Shown in pieces: positions 49,293 to 60,154 of a stretch of DNA of 64,000 bases. The position numbers were made by a program, and so were the translations under genes. The DNA is from an uncultured Candidatus Saccharibacteria bacterium (GTDB taxonomy: Bacteria > Patescibacteriota > Minisyncoccia > Phycocordibacterales > UBA918), in the NCBI GenBank assembly GCA_964638425.1, contig CAZWYM010000003.1, positions 16,289 through 80,288 on the forward strand, written 5' to 3'. The notes beneath the pieces are model-generated. The model worked only from the letters and a program-made list of their open reading frames with translations. It had not been told where the DNA came from and did not search any database. How positions within the stretch are numbered: position 1 is the first letter of the stretch; every line of letters starts with the position of its first letter.

Positions 49293-50066
49293 GTGGACGT
49301 AGAGCATCCTCAAGAACTCGAAGTGGGTACTCCTTTGACGAGTACTGCATTCAAAATACAAACCGATGTCTATTCGGGTCCTTTAGATTTGCTCATTGAT
49401 CTCATCGAAAAGAGAAAGCTCCTCATCAACGACATTTCGCTTGCTTCGGTAACCGATGACTACATGGCGTATGTTGCCCAATTTGAAAAGAACCCACTCC
49501 GTGAGATGGCGGATTTTATCGTACTCGCTTCAACACTTCTTCTCCTCAAGTCTAAGTCACTCCTCCCAATACTCGAACTCACTGAACAAGAAGAAGAAAC
49601 ACTCGAATCCCTCGAACGACGACTCCAGCACTACCAAATATTTAGAAACGCAGGGAAAACGATTGAGAGTATCTTCGGCAAGAACGTATCACATGAACGA
49701 ACCTTCATCCCTGACAAAAACCCACTTTTCATTACAGATTCACTCACCAATGTAGATACACTCAGACTCGCTATGTCTGACGTACTCAGGAACTTGCCAA
49801 AGAAGGTAGAAAAGCCAAAGGTGCAGGTGAAGACGGTGGTCTCACTCGAAACAATGATTGACCGACTCAAGGAGCGTATCGAAAGACAGCTCTCATTCAA
49901 ATTTACTGACTTTCACGGCGATTCACGGGAACGTTCGACTATTATCGTTGGTTTCCTCGCAGTCCTCGAGATGGTGAAGCAGGGTAGTGTCCTCGTACGT
50001 CAGCACGCACACTTCCATGAGATTGAAATTGAACGCGAAGGAAGCGCAGTACCTCGGTATCACTAG
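49293..50066 (+). CDS. scpA: Segregation and condensation protein A
   Basis: YSGPLDLLIDLI, LKSKSLLP, FLAVLEM. Confidence 0.93.
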   Translation: MDVEHPQELEVGTPLTSTAFKIQTDVYSGPLDLLIDLIEKRKLLINDISLASVTDDYMAYVAQFEKNPLREMADFIVLASTLLLLKSKSLLPILELTEQEEETLESLERRLQHYQIFRNAGKTIESIFGKNVSHERTFIPDKNPLFITDSLTNVDTLRLAMSDVLRNLPKKVEKPKVQVKTVVSLETMIDRLKERIERQLSFKFTDFHGDSRERSTIIVGFLAVLEMVKQGSVLVRQHAHFHEIEIEREGSAVPRYH

Positions 50067-50148
50067 GTTTTAGGCTATTCCTCCATAATGAGCCACTTGG
50101 GTACAAATATACTCGTAAAAATGAGGCTTTTATTGCTATAATAGCCCT

Positions 50149-50715
50149 ATGAATCTCGAAATGAAGATCGAGGCGCTTTTGTTTTATAAAACAGAGCCAA
50201 TTAAGAAATCTGCGCTCGTTGAGATTTTTTCTGTGTCAGAATCAGAAATTGATGGCGCGCTCGCACAGCTATCGGTATCGCTCCTACCGCGAGGTATCCG
50301 ACTTACAGAAACCGACACTGTCGTGCAACTCGTTACTGCACCTGAGGTGAATGAACTTATTGAACAAGTACGTAAGGATGAAATCCGAGGCGATATAGGA
50401 AAGGCAGGTGCAGAGACGCTTGCAATCATTTTGTACCGTGGTCCGATATCACGTATCGAAGTAGATCGTATTCGTGGAGTGAACTCAACCTTTATCATTC
50501 GTAACCTCCTCATACGTGGTCTCGTCGAACGTCGACCACATCCGACTGACACACGCTCATTCGTGTACGCAGTCACTCCATCACTTCTCAATCATCTCGG
50601 CGTGGCGAAACGCGAAGCGCTCCCCGAGTTTGCCGATATCATGAATGCACTCGACATATTTGAGAAGCAACAAGAAGCAGAAGCTGCCGAAGGTGCTAAT
50701 CCACTCACCTCATAA
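50149..50715 (+). CDS. scpB: Segregation and condensation protein B
   Basis: IEALLF, ETLAIILYRGPISR, IRGVNS. Confidence 0.95.
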   Translation: MNLEMKIEALLFYKTEPIKKSALVEIFSVSESEIDGALAQLSVSLLPRGIRLTETDTVVQLVTAPEVNELIEQVRKDEIRGDIGKAGAETLAIILYRGPISRIEVDRIRGVNSTFIIRNLLIRGLVERRPHPTDTRSFVYAVTPSLLNHLGVAKREALPEFADIMNALDIFEKQQEAEAAEGANPLTS

Positions 50716-50720
50716 CGAGT

Positions 50721-51770
50721 ATGCCTGAAATAGAACCAGAAAATGCAGAACTCTACATTGAAGAGAATATTGCGTACGAGGAAGAAAAAAGTATGCACCC
50801 TCACACTTCAACTGTACCGGTGATGCCACAACTTTCAGTTGCCCTTGGTCTCCTTGTGTGTGTCTTCAGCGTGACCTACATCGGTGCAACCAAATCAATG
50901 ACCAAACTTGAGAAGGACAATGTCACCGTTGAGACAGCGCTCGCATCACACGCAGAAAAAGCTGAGTCACTCTCTGCGGTATTTGACGACGTCACCCTGC
51001 GAGCAAAAAGTGCGATTGTTTGGGACGTGCAAGGGCAACGTGTTCTCTTTAACAAAAACGCCGATGACACACGTCCACTCGCTTCCATTACGAAGCTCAT
51101 GACCGCGCTTGTTTCATACGAACTTCTCGACCCGCGCGATACCGTTGCTATTACTCCAAATGCGCTCCGGGTAGAAGGGGATAGCGGATTCGCAGACGGA
51201 GAAACATTCACCATGCAAGACCTTTCTGATATCACGCTCATTTCATCTTCAAATGACGGGGCGTCAGCACTCAGTCGTGAAGCAGGACGCGTAGTCGGAG
51301 AAGATGCGGACCCTGAAGCTGTTTTCATTCGAGCAATGAACCTAAAGGCGCAAGAACTTGGACTAACCAAAACACGCTTCGCAAATAGTACCGGACTCGA
51401 CCTTTCACCGACTGAAGCTGGTGCGTACGGAAGCGCACGCGATGTAGCACTTCTCATGGAGTACATCATTACCAACGTCACCGACGCCGTAGCGCTCACA
51501 AACCTTGATATCGCAACAATCGGAAACAAAGAAGGGGCGTATCACACCGCAAAGAACACAAACGAAGTAGTGGACTCTATCGATGGACTCATCGCATCAA
51601 AGACGGGGTACACGGAGCTCTCAGGGGGTAATCTCGTGGTCGCAGCGAATGTAGGACTCAACAGACCTATCATCGTTGTGGTTCTTGGTTCATCACAAGA
51701 TGAGCGTTTTACCGACACACTCGAACTTCTCGATCGTGCTAAATTATACATAGCGAAAGCAGACGAATAA
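50721..51770 (+). CDS. D-alanyl-D-alanine carboxypeptidase (peptidase S11)
   Basis: ASITKLMT, SSND, KTGYT. Confidence 0.92.
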   Translation: MPEIEPENAELYIEENIAYEEEKSMHPHTSTVPVMPQLSVALGLLVCVFSVTYIGATKSMTKLEKDNVTVETALASHAEKAESLSAVFDDVTLRAKSAIVWDVQGQRVLFNKNADDTRPLASITKLMTALVSYELLDPRDTVAITPNALRVEGDSGFADGETFTMQDLSDITLISSSNDGASALSREAGRVVGEDADPEAVFIRAMNLKAQELGLTKTRFANSTGLDLSPTEAGAYGSARDVALLMEYIITNVTDAVALTNLDIATIGNKEGAYHTAKNTNEVVDSIDGLIASKTGYTELSGGNLVVAANVGLNRPIIVVVLGSSQDERFTDTLELLDRAKLYIAKADE

Positions 51771-51775
51771 TCAGT

Positions 51776-52849
51776 ATGGAAACCACTATCATCAAAGTCC
51801 TCGCACCTACAGCCATAGCCTTTATTGTGGGTATTTTGATTACTCCTATCATTACGCACTATCTCTACCACTTTGAAATGTGGAAGAAGAAGTCAGGGAA
51901 GGGAGCTGGCTACGGAGGCGGCGAAACCCCGCTCTTTGACGCACTCCATAAGCATCGCGACACCAACACACCTCGCATGGGCGGTATCGTGATTTGGGCG
52001 AGCGTCGTCATTACCATAATCCTTCTCTGGGCACTACAATTTATTTTCGAAGGAAGCGTTCTCGGGACACTCGATTTCCTCAGCCGTTCACAAACATGGC
52101 TTCCACTCTTTGCACTTCTCATCGGTGCATCTGTCGGATTCATTGATGACCTTCTTGTTGTACGAGGAACAGGGAAGCACTTTGCAGGAGGACTACCACT
52201 CTCACAACGTCTCCTCGTCGTAGGTGTTACCGCTGTTTTCTCTGCATGGTGGTTCTATGAAAAACTCGGCGTGAGCAGTATTGGACTCTTTGGTCAGGGC
52301 GATCTCAATCTCGGTATCTTTTTTATTCCATTCTTCGTTCTCGTTGCCATCGCTATTTATGCAAGTAGTGTCATCGACGGTATCGACGGACTTTCAGGTG
52401 GAACGCTCATGTTTATTTTTACTGCGTACACCGGTATTGCGGTCTACCAAAACCAAATCGACCTCGCAGCATTCTGTGCTACGGTCGTTGGAGGACTCCT
52501 CGCATTCCTTTGGTTCAACGTGCCTCCAGCACGTTTCTACATGACTGAGACAGGTATCATGGCACTCACAATGGCAATCACCATTGTTGCGTTTATGACC
52601 GACTCACTTGGTGGGGGAGAAGGAGTAAGTATTTTCCCTATTATTGGAATACTCCTCGTTCTCACGGTAGCTTCAGACGTTCTCCAGCTTCTCTCAAAGA
52701 AGATACTCGGCAAGAAAATTTTCCTCATTGCACCACTCCATCACCACTTCGAAGCACTCGGATGGCCGGCTGAGAAAGTCACTATGCGATACTGGATTCT
52801 TGGTTTTGTGTTTGCAATTATCGGGACACTCCTCGCGATTGCACTCTAA
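51776..52849 (+). CDS. mraY: Phospho-N-acetylmuramoyl-pentapeptide transferase
   Basis: TPRMGG, GFIDD, DGIDGL, APLHHHFE. Confidence 0.95.
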   Translation: METTIIKVLAPTAIAFIVGILITPIITHYLYHFEMWKKKSGKGAGYGGGETPLFDALHKHRDTNTPRMGGIVIWASVVITIILLWALQFIFEGSVLGTLDFLSRSQTWLPLFALLIGASVGFIDDLLVVRGTGKHFAGGLPLSQRLLVVGVTAVFSAWWFYEKLGVSSIGLFGQGDLNLGIFFIPFFVLVAIAIYASSVIDGIDGLSGGTLMFIFTAYTGIAVYQNQIDLAAFCATVVGGLLAFLWFNVPPARFYMTETGIMALTMAITIVAFMTDSLGGGEGVSIFPIIGILLVLTVASDVLQLLSKKILGKKIFLIAPLHHHFEALGWPAEKVTMRYWILGFVFAIIGTLLAIAL

Positions 52850-52855
52850 ACACCT

Positions 52856-53959
52856 ATGCAACACTCCCTCGACAGATCACTCCTCATTCTTACGATTACC
52901 CTCGTTGCGTTAGGGTTCCTTATCTTTTCGTCAGCATCACTTGGTCTTCTCGCGCGAAATGGAGCAAGCTTTTCATCGGTTGCACTTAATCAAGTACTCT
53001 TTGGTATTGTGGGCGGAGGTATCGCTTTCTTTCTTACGAGCACACTTCATTACCGTTGGTGGCGACAATACGCATTTTATATTTTCGTTTTCAGTATTGT
53101 CCTCACCCTTTGCGTTTTTGTGCCTGGTCTTGGACTCGCACACGGTGGTGCAACGAGATGGATTCACCTTGGCTCGTTTTCAATGCAACCCGCTGAGCTC
53201 TTGAAGATTGGCTTCACTATCTACATGGCAACATGGCTTTCGGGGATGAAGAACCAAATTAAGATTTTCACAAAAGGAACACTCCCGTTCATGCTCATTG
53301 TTGCAGGAGTTGGTATTCCACTTCTCCTCCAGCCAGATACCGACACATACCTCATGATGGTTGCGGCTGCACTCGCTATGTTCATTACTGCAGGTGGGAG
53401 AGTTCGTGACGTTGCGCTCATGCTCTGTGCTGGTGTCGTACTCATTGTTATCTTGGCGTTTTCAAGACAGTACATCATGGACAGAATCATGACCTTCATT
53501 AACCCCGCGCTCGACCCACAGGGCTCTGGGTACCAAATTAAACAATCCCTCATTGCGGTTGGTTCGGGTGGCTTTTTAGGAAGAGGTTTCGGGCAGAGTA
53601 TCCAGAAGTTTGAATACCTTCCAGAGCCAATCGGTGACTCTATCTTCGCTGTCTATGCAGAAGAGTTTGGCTTCCTTGGAAGTCTCGTACTCATTCTTAT
53701 TTTCTCGGCATTTGCTGCCCGCGGATACAAGATAGCCACCCACGCCCCAGACCTTTTTGGTATGCTCCTCGTGGTAGGGATTATCACACTCATCATGTCG
53801 CAAGTATTTCTCAACATCGCTGCGATGCTCGCTATTGCGCCACTCTCCGGACTCCCGCTTCCATTCATTAGTCATGGTGGTACTGCACTCCTCGTCACCC
53901 TTGCTGCAGTGGGTATCGTAATCAACGTATCCAAGTACCAAAAGGCAACTGCGCTTTAA
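52856..53959 (+). CDS. ftsW: SEDS peptidoglycan glycosyltransferase FtsW
   Basis: GATRW, QPAE, GYQ, GSGG..GRG, LPE..D.IF, PFISHGG; between mraY and murG. Confidence 0.9.
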   Translation: MQHSLDRSLLILTITLVALGFLIFSSASLGLLARNGASFSSVALNQVLFGIVGGGIAFFLTSTLHYRWWRQYAFYIFVFSIVLTLCVFVPGLGLAHGGATRWIHLGSFSMQPAELLKIGFTIYMATWLSGMKNQIKIFTKGTLPFMLIVAGVGIPLLLQPDTDTYLMMVAAALAMFITAGGRVRDVALMLCAGVVLIVILAFSRQYIMDRIMTFINPALDPQGSGYQIKQSLIAVGSGGFLGRGFGQSIQKFEYLPEPIGDSIFAVYAEEFGFLGSLVLILIFSAFAARGYKIATHAPDLFGMLLVVGIITLIMSQVFLNIAAMLAIAPLSGLPLPFISHGGTALLVTLAAVGIVINVSKYQKATAL

Positions 53960-53985
53960 CGCGTGATACAATACCTACGTATCCT

Positions 53986-55119
53986 ATGAATACTGGCTCA
54001 AAAAATCTTAGAGTACTTCTCGTTGGCGGTGGAACGGGGGGTCATTTTTATCCGCTCATCAGTATTGCTGAGGCACTCAACAAAACACCTGAGCAACCGT
54101 ACCTGTACTACGCAGGTCCCGATGTCTATGACAGCGAAGCGCTCGCTTCAGAGAACATTTCTTTCCTCCGTATTCAAGCAGGGAAGCAACGACGCTACAA
54201 ATCAATACTCAATTTCATTGATGCTTTCAAAACTTTTTTTGGTGTTATTGGAGCAATTCTAAAACTCTACGTCATTTACCCTGACGTCATCATGAGCAAG
54301 GGGGGATACACGAGTGTGCCTATTGTGCTCGCGGGAGCATTCCTCCGTATCCCTATCATTGTGCATGAGTCAGACGCAGTCATGGGAAAGGCTAATACAC
54401 TCGCGAGTAAATTTGCTCGAGACATCATCGTTTCGTACGACGAAGTAAATGTGCCACCATCGACAAATGCACAAGTTCACAAATTTGGTATCCCTGTACG
54501 AAGCACACTTCTTGGCGCTCCTACATCCGACGCAATCGAGAAGCTTGGTGTAGACCCCGAGCGTCCTATTATCCTTGTCATTGGTGGCTCACAGGGTGCT
54601 GAACGAATCAACTCACTCATACTCGATTCACTTGATGAGCTTCTTGCCGATTTCACTATCATTCACCAGACAGGGAAGAAGAACTTCGAACTCTGTAAAC
54701 TTTCTGCAGAAAATTTCATCCCTGACGAAGAACGAAGACAGCACTATCACGCTGTGCCATTCCTCGACGGAGCACTCCTCAACAATGCATACCACCTTGC
54801 ACACATCGTCATTTCTCGAGCAGGAAGCAATTCTATATACGAAATAGCGCTCCATGGTAAACCATCGATTCTAATCCCTATCCCAGAGGATATAAGCCAC
54901 GACCAGCGCACAAATGCGTACGCATACGCACGTGCAGGGGCTACTTCAGTCATGGAGGAATCAAATCTAACCGACAGCTTGCTCAGAGCTGAAATTGACC
55001 GTATTATGCAAAACAACGATCTCTATACAAGTATGGCCAATGGAGCCCGTGCCTTTGGGAGACGCGACGCAGCAGAACAAATCGGAAGGCTTCTTATCGG
55101 CACTGCAGAAACACATTAA
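53986..55119 (+). CDS. murG: MurG glycosyltransferase
   Basis: GGGTGGH, KGGY, HESD, GGSQG, SRAG, DQRTNA. Confidence 0.96.
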   Translation: MNTGSKNLRVLLVGGGTGGHFYPLISIAEALNKTPEQPYLYYAGPDVYDSEALASENISFLRIQAGKQRRYKSILNFIDAFKTFFGVIGAILKLYVIYPDVIMSKGGYTSVPIVLAGAFLRIPIIVHESDAVMGKANTLASKFARDIIVSYDEVNVPPSTNAQVHKFGIPVRSTLLGAPTSDAIEKLGVDPERPIILVIGGSQGAERINSLILDSLDELLADFTIIHQTGKKNFELCKLSAENFIPDEERRQHYHAVPFLDGALLNNAYHLAHIVISRAGSNSIYEIALHGKPSILIPIPEDISHDQRTNAYAYARAGATSVMEESNLTDSLLRAEIDRIMQNNDLYTSMANGARAFGRRDAAEQIGRLLIGTAETH

Positions 55120-55127
55120 ATCGAATT

Positions 55128-56489
55128 ATGTCAATTTTTTCTAAACCAGTAGTAACTCGAATGGCACCTAGCCCAACCGGGCATCTCCATATCGGTACCG
55201 CACGTACCGCTCTTTTTAACTACCTCTTTGCAAAGAAGCATGGTGGGACATTCATTCTTCGTACTGAAGACACCGACAAAGAACGAAGCAAAAAAGAATT
55301 TGAAGACGAGATTATCGAAGGACTCGAATGGCTCGGTCTGAGCTGGGATGCATTCTATCGTCAGTCTGAACGAGCGAGTATTTATCGAGGATACCTCGAA
55401 AAAATCGTTGCTCAGGGGAAGGCGTATGTGAGTAGGGAAGAGAGCAAAAATACCCCTGGGGAATTCGTTGAAGTGGTCCGACTCAAGAATCCAAACACCA
55501 CACTCACCTTTACCGACGAAATTCGCGGAGAAATTACATTCGACACCACTGAGCTTGGTGACTTTGTCATTGCTCGTTCTCTTGATGATGCACTCTATCA
55601 CTTCACCGTTGTGGTAGACGACCACGAGATGGGCGTCACCCACGTTATCCGCGGAGATGACCATATCTCTAACACACCGCGACAAATCCTCATTCAGGAA
55701 GCAATCGGAGCGGAGCGTCCAATATACGCACACCTTCCACTTATTCTTGCTCCTGACCGCTCAAAGCTATCAAAGCGACATGGTGCGGTAATGCTCAAAG
55801 AGTACGAGCGACAAGGCTTCACTAAAGAAGCAATCGTAAACTACCTTTCACTCCTCGGATGGAATAGTGGTACCGACCAAGAACTCTTTACCCTTGAGGA
55901 ACTCACACGCGTGTTTGACCTTAATGGTATCCAAAAGGGAGGTGCGGTCTTTGATATTGAAAAACTCAAATGGTTTACCAAAGAACACCTTAAGGCATAC
56001 AGTGATGAAGACTTCCTTGAATACATCTATCCACGTGTGTTTGACCACATCTCAAAGCTTCCTCAATACAGCGAAGCACGCCTTAGAAAACTTCTTCCAA
56101 CCATACGCGAACGCATTTCTGTTGCCGAAGAGGCAGGGGAAGAAGCACTGAAAGGGGAGTATGACTTTGCTTTTTCTGCGCCACATATCGACCCGAACAT
56201 GGTGAAGTGGAAGAATGACGCTTCCCCACGAGAATCTCTTTCACGACTTCAAAAACTCGCTGAAATTATCGCAACAATCCCAGAAGAGGCATCTCACGAA
56301 GCAATCAAAGACCGCATCTGGGACTACGCAGTGGAAATTGGTAAGGGGGAAGTACTCTGGCCACTTCGCGTCTCGCTCACTGGAATGGAACGTTCCCCTG
56401 ACCCATTTACCGTACTTTCTATTATTGGTTCTGGAGAAGCATACAAAAGGATCAAGACTGCGTGTGATACAATTTTAAGTACCCACTAG
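55128..56489 (+). CDS. gltX: Glutamate--tRNA ligase
   Basis: RMAPSPTGHLHIG, RGDDH, KLSKR, anticodon domain present. Confidence 0.95.
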   Translation: MSIFSKPVVTRMAPSPTGHLHIGTARTALFNYLFAKKHGGTFILRTEDTDKERSKKEFEDEIIEGLEWLGLSWDAFYRQSERASIYRGYLEKIVAQGKAYVSREESKNTPGEFVEVVRLKNPNTTLTFTDEIRGEITFDTTELGDFVIARSLDDALYHFTVVVDDHEMGVTHVIRGDDHISNTPRQILIQEAIGAERPIYAHLPLILAPDRSKLSKRHGAVMLKEYERQGFTKEAIVNYLSLLGWNSGTDQELFTLEELTRVFDLNGIQKGGAVFDIEKLKWFTKEHLKAYSDEDFLEYIYPRVFDHISKLPQYSEARLRKLLPTIRERISVAEEAGEEALKGEYDFAFSAPHIDPNMVKWKNDASPRESLSRLQKLAEIIATIPEEASHEAIKDRIWDYAVEIGKGEVLWPLRVSLTGMERSPDPFTVLSIIGSGEAYKRIKTACDTILSTH

Positions 56490-56524
56490 ACTACTTGTGT
56501 AGTCATTCTGTGGGATGGACTACC

Positions 56525-57847
56525 ATGAAATTTCGCCAAACAATACCGCTCTATAGTATTCTTTTTGCATTACTTACTGTCCTTCTTTTTGCAGGCATTT
56601 TTGTTGGTGGCACCCACACAATCGAGGCATCGGAAATTGATGACCTGAAGAATCAAATCAATGAACGAAACTCGCGTCTCAGTGACATTGAAAAGGAAAT
56701 TGCAGAGTACAAAAACGAACTCAAGAAAGTCGGTGGTCAGAAAAACTCGTTGCAAAAAGCAATCAATCAACTCGAACTCGAGCGCAAAAAGGTGCAGGCA
56801 GACATTAGCTACACACAAAACAAAATCGGTGCTACTGATCTCGAAATCAATAAGCTCACGATAGAAATTGGTAACACTAGAGAAGACATCAACCTTAACA
56901 AACTCGCTATTAGTGAGACCTTGCGAACCCTCAGTGGTATGGATGATAGCTCGCTCATTGAAGCACTCCTTGAGTATGACAACCTCTCAGAATTCTGGGG
57001 CAAAATTGATGAACTTGAACATATCCGTGGAGTCATTCAAAATGAAGTAAGTAGTCTTACATCACGCAAAAAACTACTCGATGAAAAGTACGAACTCAAC
57101 ACCTCAAAGCGCGCAGACCTCATCGATTTGCGAGACCAATACAGTGACCAAAACGAAGTACTCGCCGACAACAAATCAGCAAAATCAAAGCTCCTCAACG
57201 CTACAAAGAACGAGGAAGCGGAGTATCAAAAATTGCTTAAGGACAGGGAAGCAGCACGTGCATTAATCCTTAAAGAGCTTCGTGACTTCGAATCGAAGCT
57301 TCAGTTTATCCTTGACCCAAATACCATTCCACCTAAAGGAACACCAGTATTTAATTGGCCTGTAGAAAACGTCATCATCACACAGCTCTTTGGTGGAACT
57401 GAATTCGCAAAACAAAATGCATCAGTCTACGGTGGACGCGCATACCATCCAGGAGTCGACTTTGGCGTTCCGTTGGGAACAAAGATTTATGCACCGCTCG
57501 CTGGAACAGTACGCGCTACAGGTAATACCGACCTTGTTGCTGGATGTTACTCATGGGGTAAGTGGACTCTCATAGACCACTCAAACGGACTTTCAACGCT
57601 GTACGCGCACCAGAGTGTACAGAGCGTCACACCAGGACAACAGGTAAAGACGGGTGAGATTATTGGCTACTCAGGAAACTCTGGATACTCAACTGGCCCA
57701 CACTTACACTTTACGGTGTACGCAAAGGCAGGAGTCTCTGTACGTAAATTCAATGAGATTAAAGCGGTAACGAGCTGTGGTGCTGCGACTACGCCAGTTG
57801 CTGCAACCGATGCGTACATCGACCCAATGGTGTATCTTCCAAAGTAA
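56525..57847 (+). CDS. Coiled-coil plus M23 peptidase (EnvC/CwlO-like murein hydrolase or activator)
   Basis: Signal/TM, long coiled coil, HPGVD, YAH, STGPHLHF. Confidence 0.92.
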   Translation: MKFRQTIPLYSILFALLTVLLFAGIFVGGTHTIEASEIDDLKNQINERNSRLSDIEKEIAEYKNELKKVGGQKNSLQKAINQLELERKKVQADISYTQNKIGATDLEINKLTIEIGNTREDINLNKLAISETLRTLSGMDDSSLIEALLEYDNLSEFWGKIDELEHIRGVIQNEVSSLTSRKKLLDEKYELNTSKRADLIDLRDQYSDQNEVLADNKSAKSKLLNATKNEEAEYQKLLKDREAARALILKELRDFESKLQFILDPNTIPPKGTPVFNWPVENVIITQLFGGTEFAKQNASVYGGRAYHPGVDFGVPLGTKIYAPLAGTVRATGNTDLVAGCYSWGKWTLIDHSNGLSTLYAHQSVQSVTPGQQVKTGEIIGYSGNSGYSTGPHLHFTVYAKAGVSVRKFNEIKAVTSCGAATTPVAATDAYIDPMVYLPK

Positions 57848-57866
57848 CCCTTAATACATAATTCGT

Positions 57867-58340
57867 ATGAAACGACTTATCATTGCAATCATCCTCATGC
57901 TCGTAATATATGTTCTCGGCACACAGGTCGCAGATCAAATTAAGATTTACATCCAGCATGCGTCGCTCATGCTCGCTGGGGTCGATTCTGAACGTACACG
58001 CGATGCTGTCCGTACTCATTTCAATGCAGTCGTAGGAGGAACTCCAATACCTGAAGACGCACACATTTCCATCAAGCCTGTTGCAATCAACCTTGATGAC
58101 ACAACCGACATCATCGCTACAATCGAATCTCCACGAACCTGTGGTAGTGGTGGTTGCCTTACTGCAATTTTTTTACAAAATGCAAACAAAGAATTTAGAC
58201 CAACATCATTCGCATACACACTCAAAGACATCGAAGTGCAATCAGGTGTCACGAGTGGCATGCATGACCTCATGATCAACGAAGACCCTCAGAACCTCAT
58301 GCGATGGGATGGTGCTCAGTACACTCAAAACACCATCTAG
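57867..58340 (+). CDS. Secreted hypothetical protein
   Basis: Signal peptide, CGSGGC motif, WDGAQY end. Confidence 0.6.
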   Translation: MKRLIIAIILMLVIYVLGTQVADQIKIYIQHASLMLAGVDSERTRDAVRTHFNAVVGGTPIPEDAHISIKPVAINLDDTTDIIATIESPRTCGSGGCLTAIFLQNANKEFRPTSFAYTLKDIEVQSGVTSGMHDLMINEDPQNLMRWDGAQYTQNTI

Positions 58341-58597
58341 CCCTCACGAGCCTACACCTCTAAAAAATGAGCTTTAAGGAGGGAAGTGCCAATTTCCGAA
58401 AAAACGACAAAAATCGAATTTTAGTGAAATCGCGAAAAACGCATATTCGAACCTAGAGGGAATACTTTCTTACTGTAGAAGAATTTCCCAGGAATAAAGA
58501 AAGAAAAAGATTCAGACTAAACGTGAACAAAGGTACATATACCACAATGAAGCCACTCCGCAGAATCGCTATACAGGGGACTACGCCCCCACAGTAT

Positions 58598-58625
58598 ATG
58601 TCGTAAAAGATATATTGTGCGACGC
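58598..58625. other. Candidate dif-like Xer recombination site
   Basis: ATGTCGTAAAA-GATATA-TTGTGCGACGC (11-6-11 imperfect inverted repeat) at the + to - gene-orientation switch. Confidence 0.5.
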
Positions 58626-58652
58626 TTATAGTATTTAGAAGTGGCGCATTCC

Positions 58653-59417
58653 CTATACATTAAAGAGGTCACGTTTTATTTTTTCGTACTGCGGAGTTTC
58701 TTTTGAAAGAACTATTTCTATCGTCCCCCTCCGTCCGAGGAGCGATTCAAGTTCAGTATGCTTATCCAAATACAAACGTAATTTTTTGGGAATTATTTCA
58801 TCCTGAGAAATGACATTTAAATTTTTGTAGGAATCGCGGATAAAGTCCTTGAGGACGGTATAGTGCGTACACCCAAGGATGACCGTATCAATCTCCCCCA
58901 TTTTGCTGTCGATGACACTTTTCACCTTTTCCCTTGCTCCGTCCATATCACCTGTTTCGATGTACGGGACGAGGTGTGGGGTTGCTTCACTACTCAGTGC
59001 AATTTTGTGTGAGAGCTGGTCTATCTCGTACTCATACTTTTTTGAGCTAATGGTCCGCATCGTCCCGATGAGGAGCGCGTTGTGCACATGCCGCTCGATG
59101 AGCTCTTCGATGGTTGGAATAATCACCCCAAGTATTCTCCGGTCTTTGTATTGCCCTACAAGCATCGTGTCCTGGAGTATTCGTACTGCTTCAGCAGAAG
59201 CAGTGTTGCATGCAACAATGACGAGAACTACATCACGATCAAAAAGATACTGCACCGCATATCGTGTAAAGGTTAAAATCTCTTCACTTGTCTTATCGCC
59301 ATATGGAAGATGCGCAGTGTCACCATAGTAAAGATACTCATACTGCGGAAGCAATTCGCGCACCGTCTTTAAGACCGTGAGTCCCCCAAGCCCTGAATCA
59401 AAAAAACCTATTTTCAT
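58653..59417 (-). CDS. murI: Glutamate racemase
   Basis: FDSGLGG, PYG, ACNTA, LGCTHY. Confidence 0.96.
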   Translation of the reverse strand: MKIGFFDSGLGGLTVLKTVRELLPQYEYLYYGDTAHLPYGDKTSEEILTFTRYAVQYLFDRDVVLVIVACNTASAEAVRILQDTMLVGQYKDRRILGVIIPTIEELIERHVHNALLIGTMRTISSKKYEYEIDQLSHKIALSSEATPHLVPYIETGDMDGAREKVKSVIDSKMGEIDTVILGCTHYTVLKDFIRDSYKNLNVISQDEIIPKKLRLYLDKHTELESLLGRRGTIEIVLSKETPQYEKIKRDLFNV

Positions 59418-59650
59418 ACGTCATCTATTTTCATAAACCGTGGTACGACGTTTCCTTCTTTTGTAGCTACGTCAGATTCAAAATCTTCTATCGGACGAAT
59501 CCAAACCGTCTCTGCGCCAAACTCTGTTTCGTATTCTGCTCGGTACACAACACACAAGCGCTCTGGGTCTGATTCCAGTCTCGCAATAGAAAGGACGGTG
59601 TACTCCCCTCCTTTGTAATGCCGATATCGCTTCCCTGTTTCTGCTTTCAT
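59414..59650 (-). CDS. DUF1653 domain protein
   Basis: YRHYKGGEY, VVYRA, WIRP..F, PRF. Confidence 0.88.
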   Translation of the reverse strand: MKAETGKRYRHYKGGEYTVLSIARLESDPERLCVVYRAEYETEFGAETVWIRPIEDFESDVATKEGNVVPRFMKIDDV

Positions 59651-59658
59651 ATATGTAT

Positions 59659-60120
59659 TTAATTATGCGAACGGAGCTTTACGACTTTGTCATAATGTTT
59701 TTTCACTACCGGCTGAACAGAGAGTCGCATCCCCTGCTTTACGACAAGCATATCAGCAAAGAACGGGTCGTTCTTAAGCTCAGCAAGAAGAAGTGGTTCA
59801 GCAAACTTTTCAACGAATGCGACATCTACAGAAAACCAGCGCGGATTTTCTTTCTTTGATTTTGGGTCGCATTTGTATGATGTGGCGTCAAACTGTGTCG
59901 GGTCAGGGTAGGCTTCCCTCTTAATCTCTGCGAGCCCTACTATGCCGACATCCTTCGTACTTGAATGATAAAAGAGTACCCTATCCCCTACCTCCATATC
60001 ATCACGTATAAAATTCCGCGCTTGGTAGTTGCGAACATCGTCCCACATACCCACCGCATCGCGCTTGAGATCGTCGATGCTGTAACACGTTGGTTCACTC
60101 TTCATTAGCCAGTATTTCAC
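59659..60120 (-). CDS. EVE domain protein
   Basis: YWLMKSEP, WDDVRNYQARN, FYHS, RLSVQPV. Confidence 0.95.
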   Translation of the reverse strand: MKYWLMKSEPTCYSIDDLKRDAVGMWDDVRNYQARNFIRDDMEVGDRVLFYHSSTKDVGIVGLAEIKREAYPDPTQFDATSYKCDPKSKKENPRWFSVDVAFVEKFAEPLLLAELKNDPFFADMLVVKQGMRLSVQPVVKKHYDKVVKLRSHN

Positions 60121-60154
60121 CCAGTCATAATATCACTAAACAAAAAAATACGCG

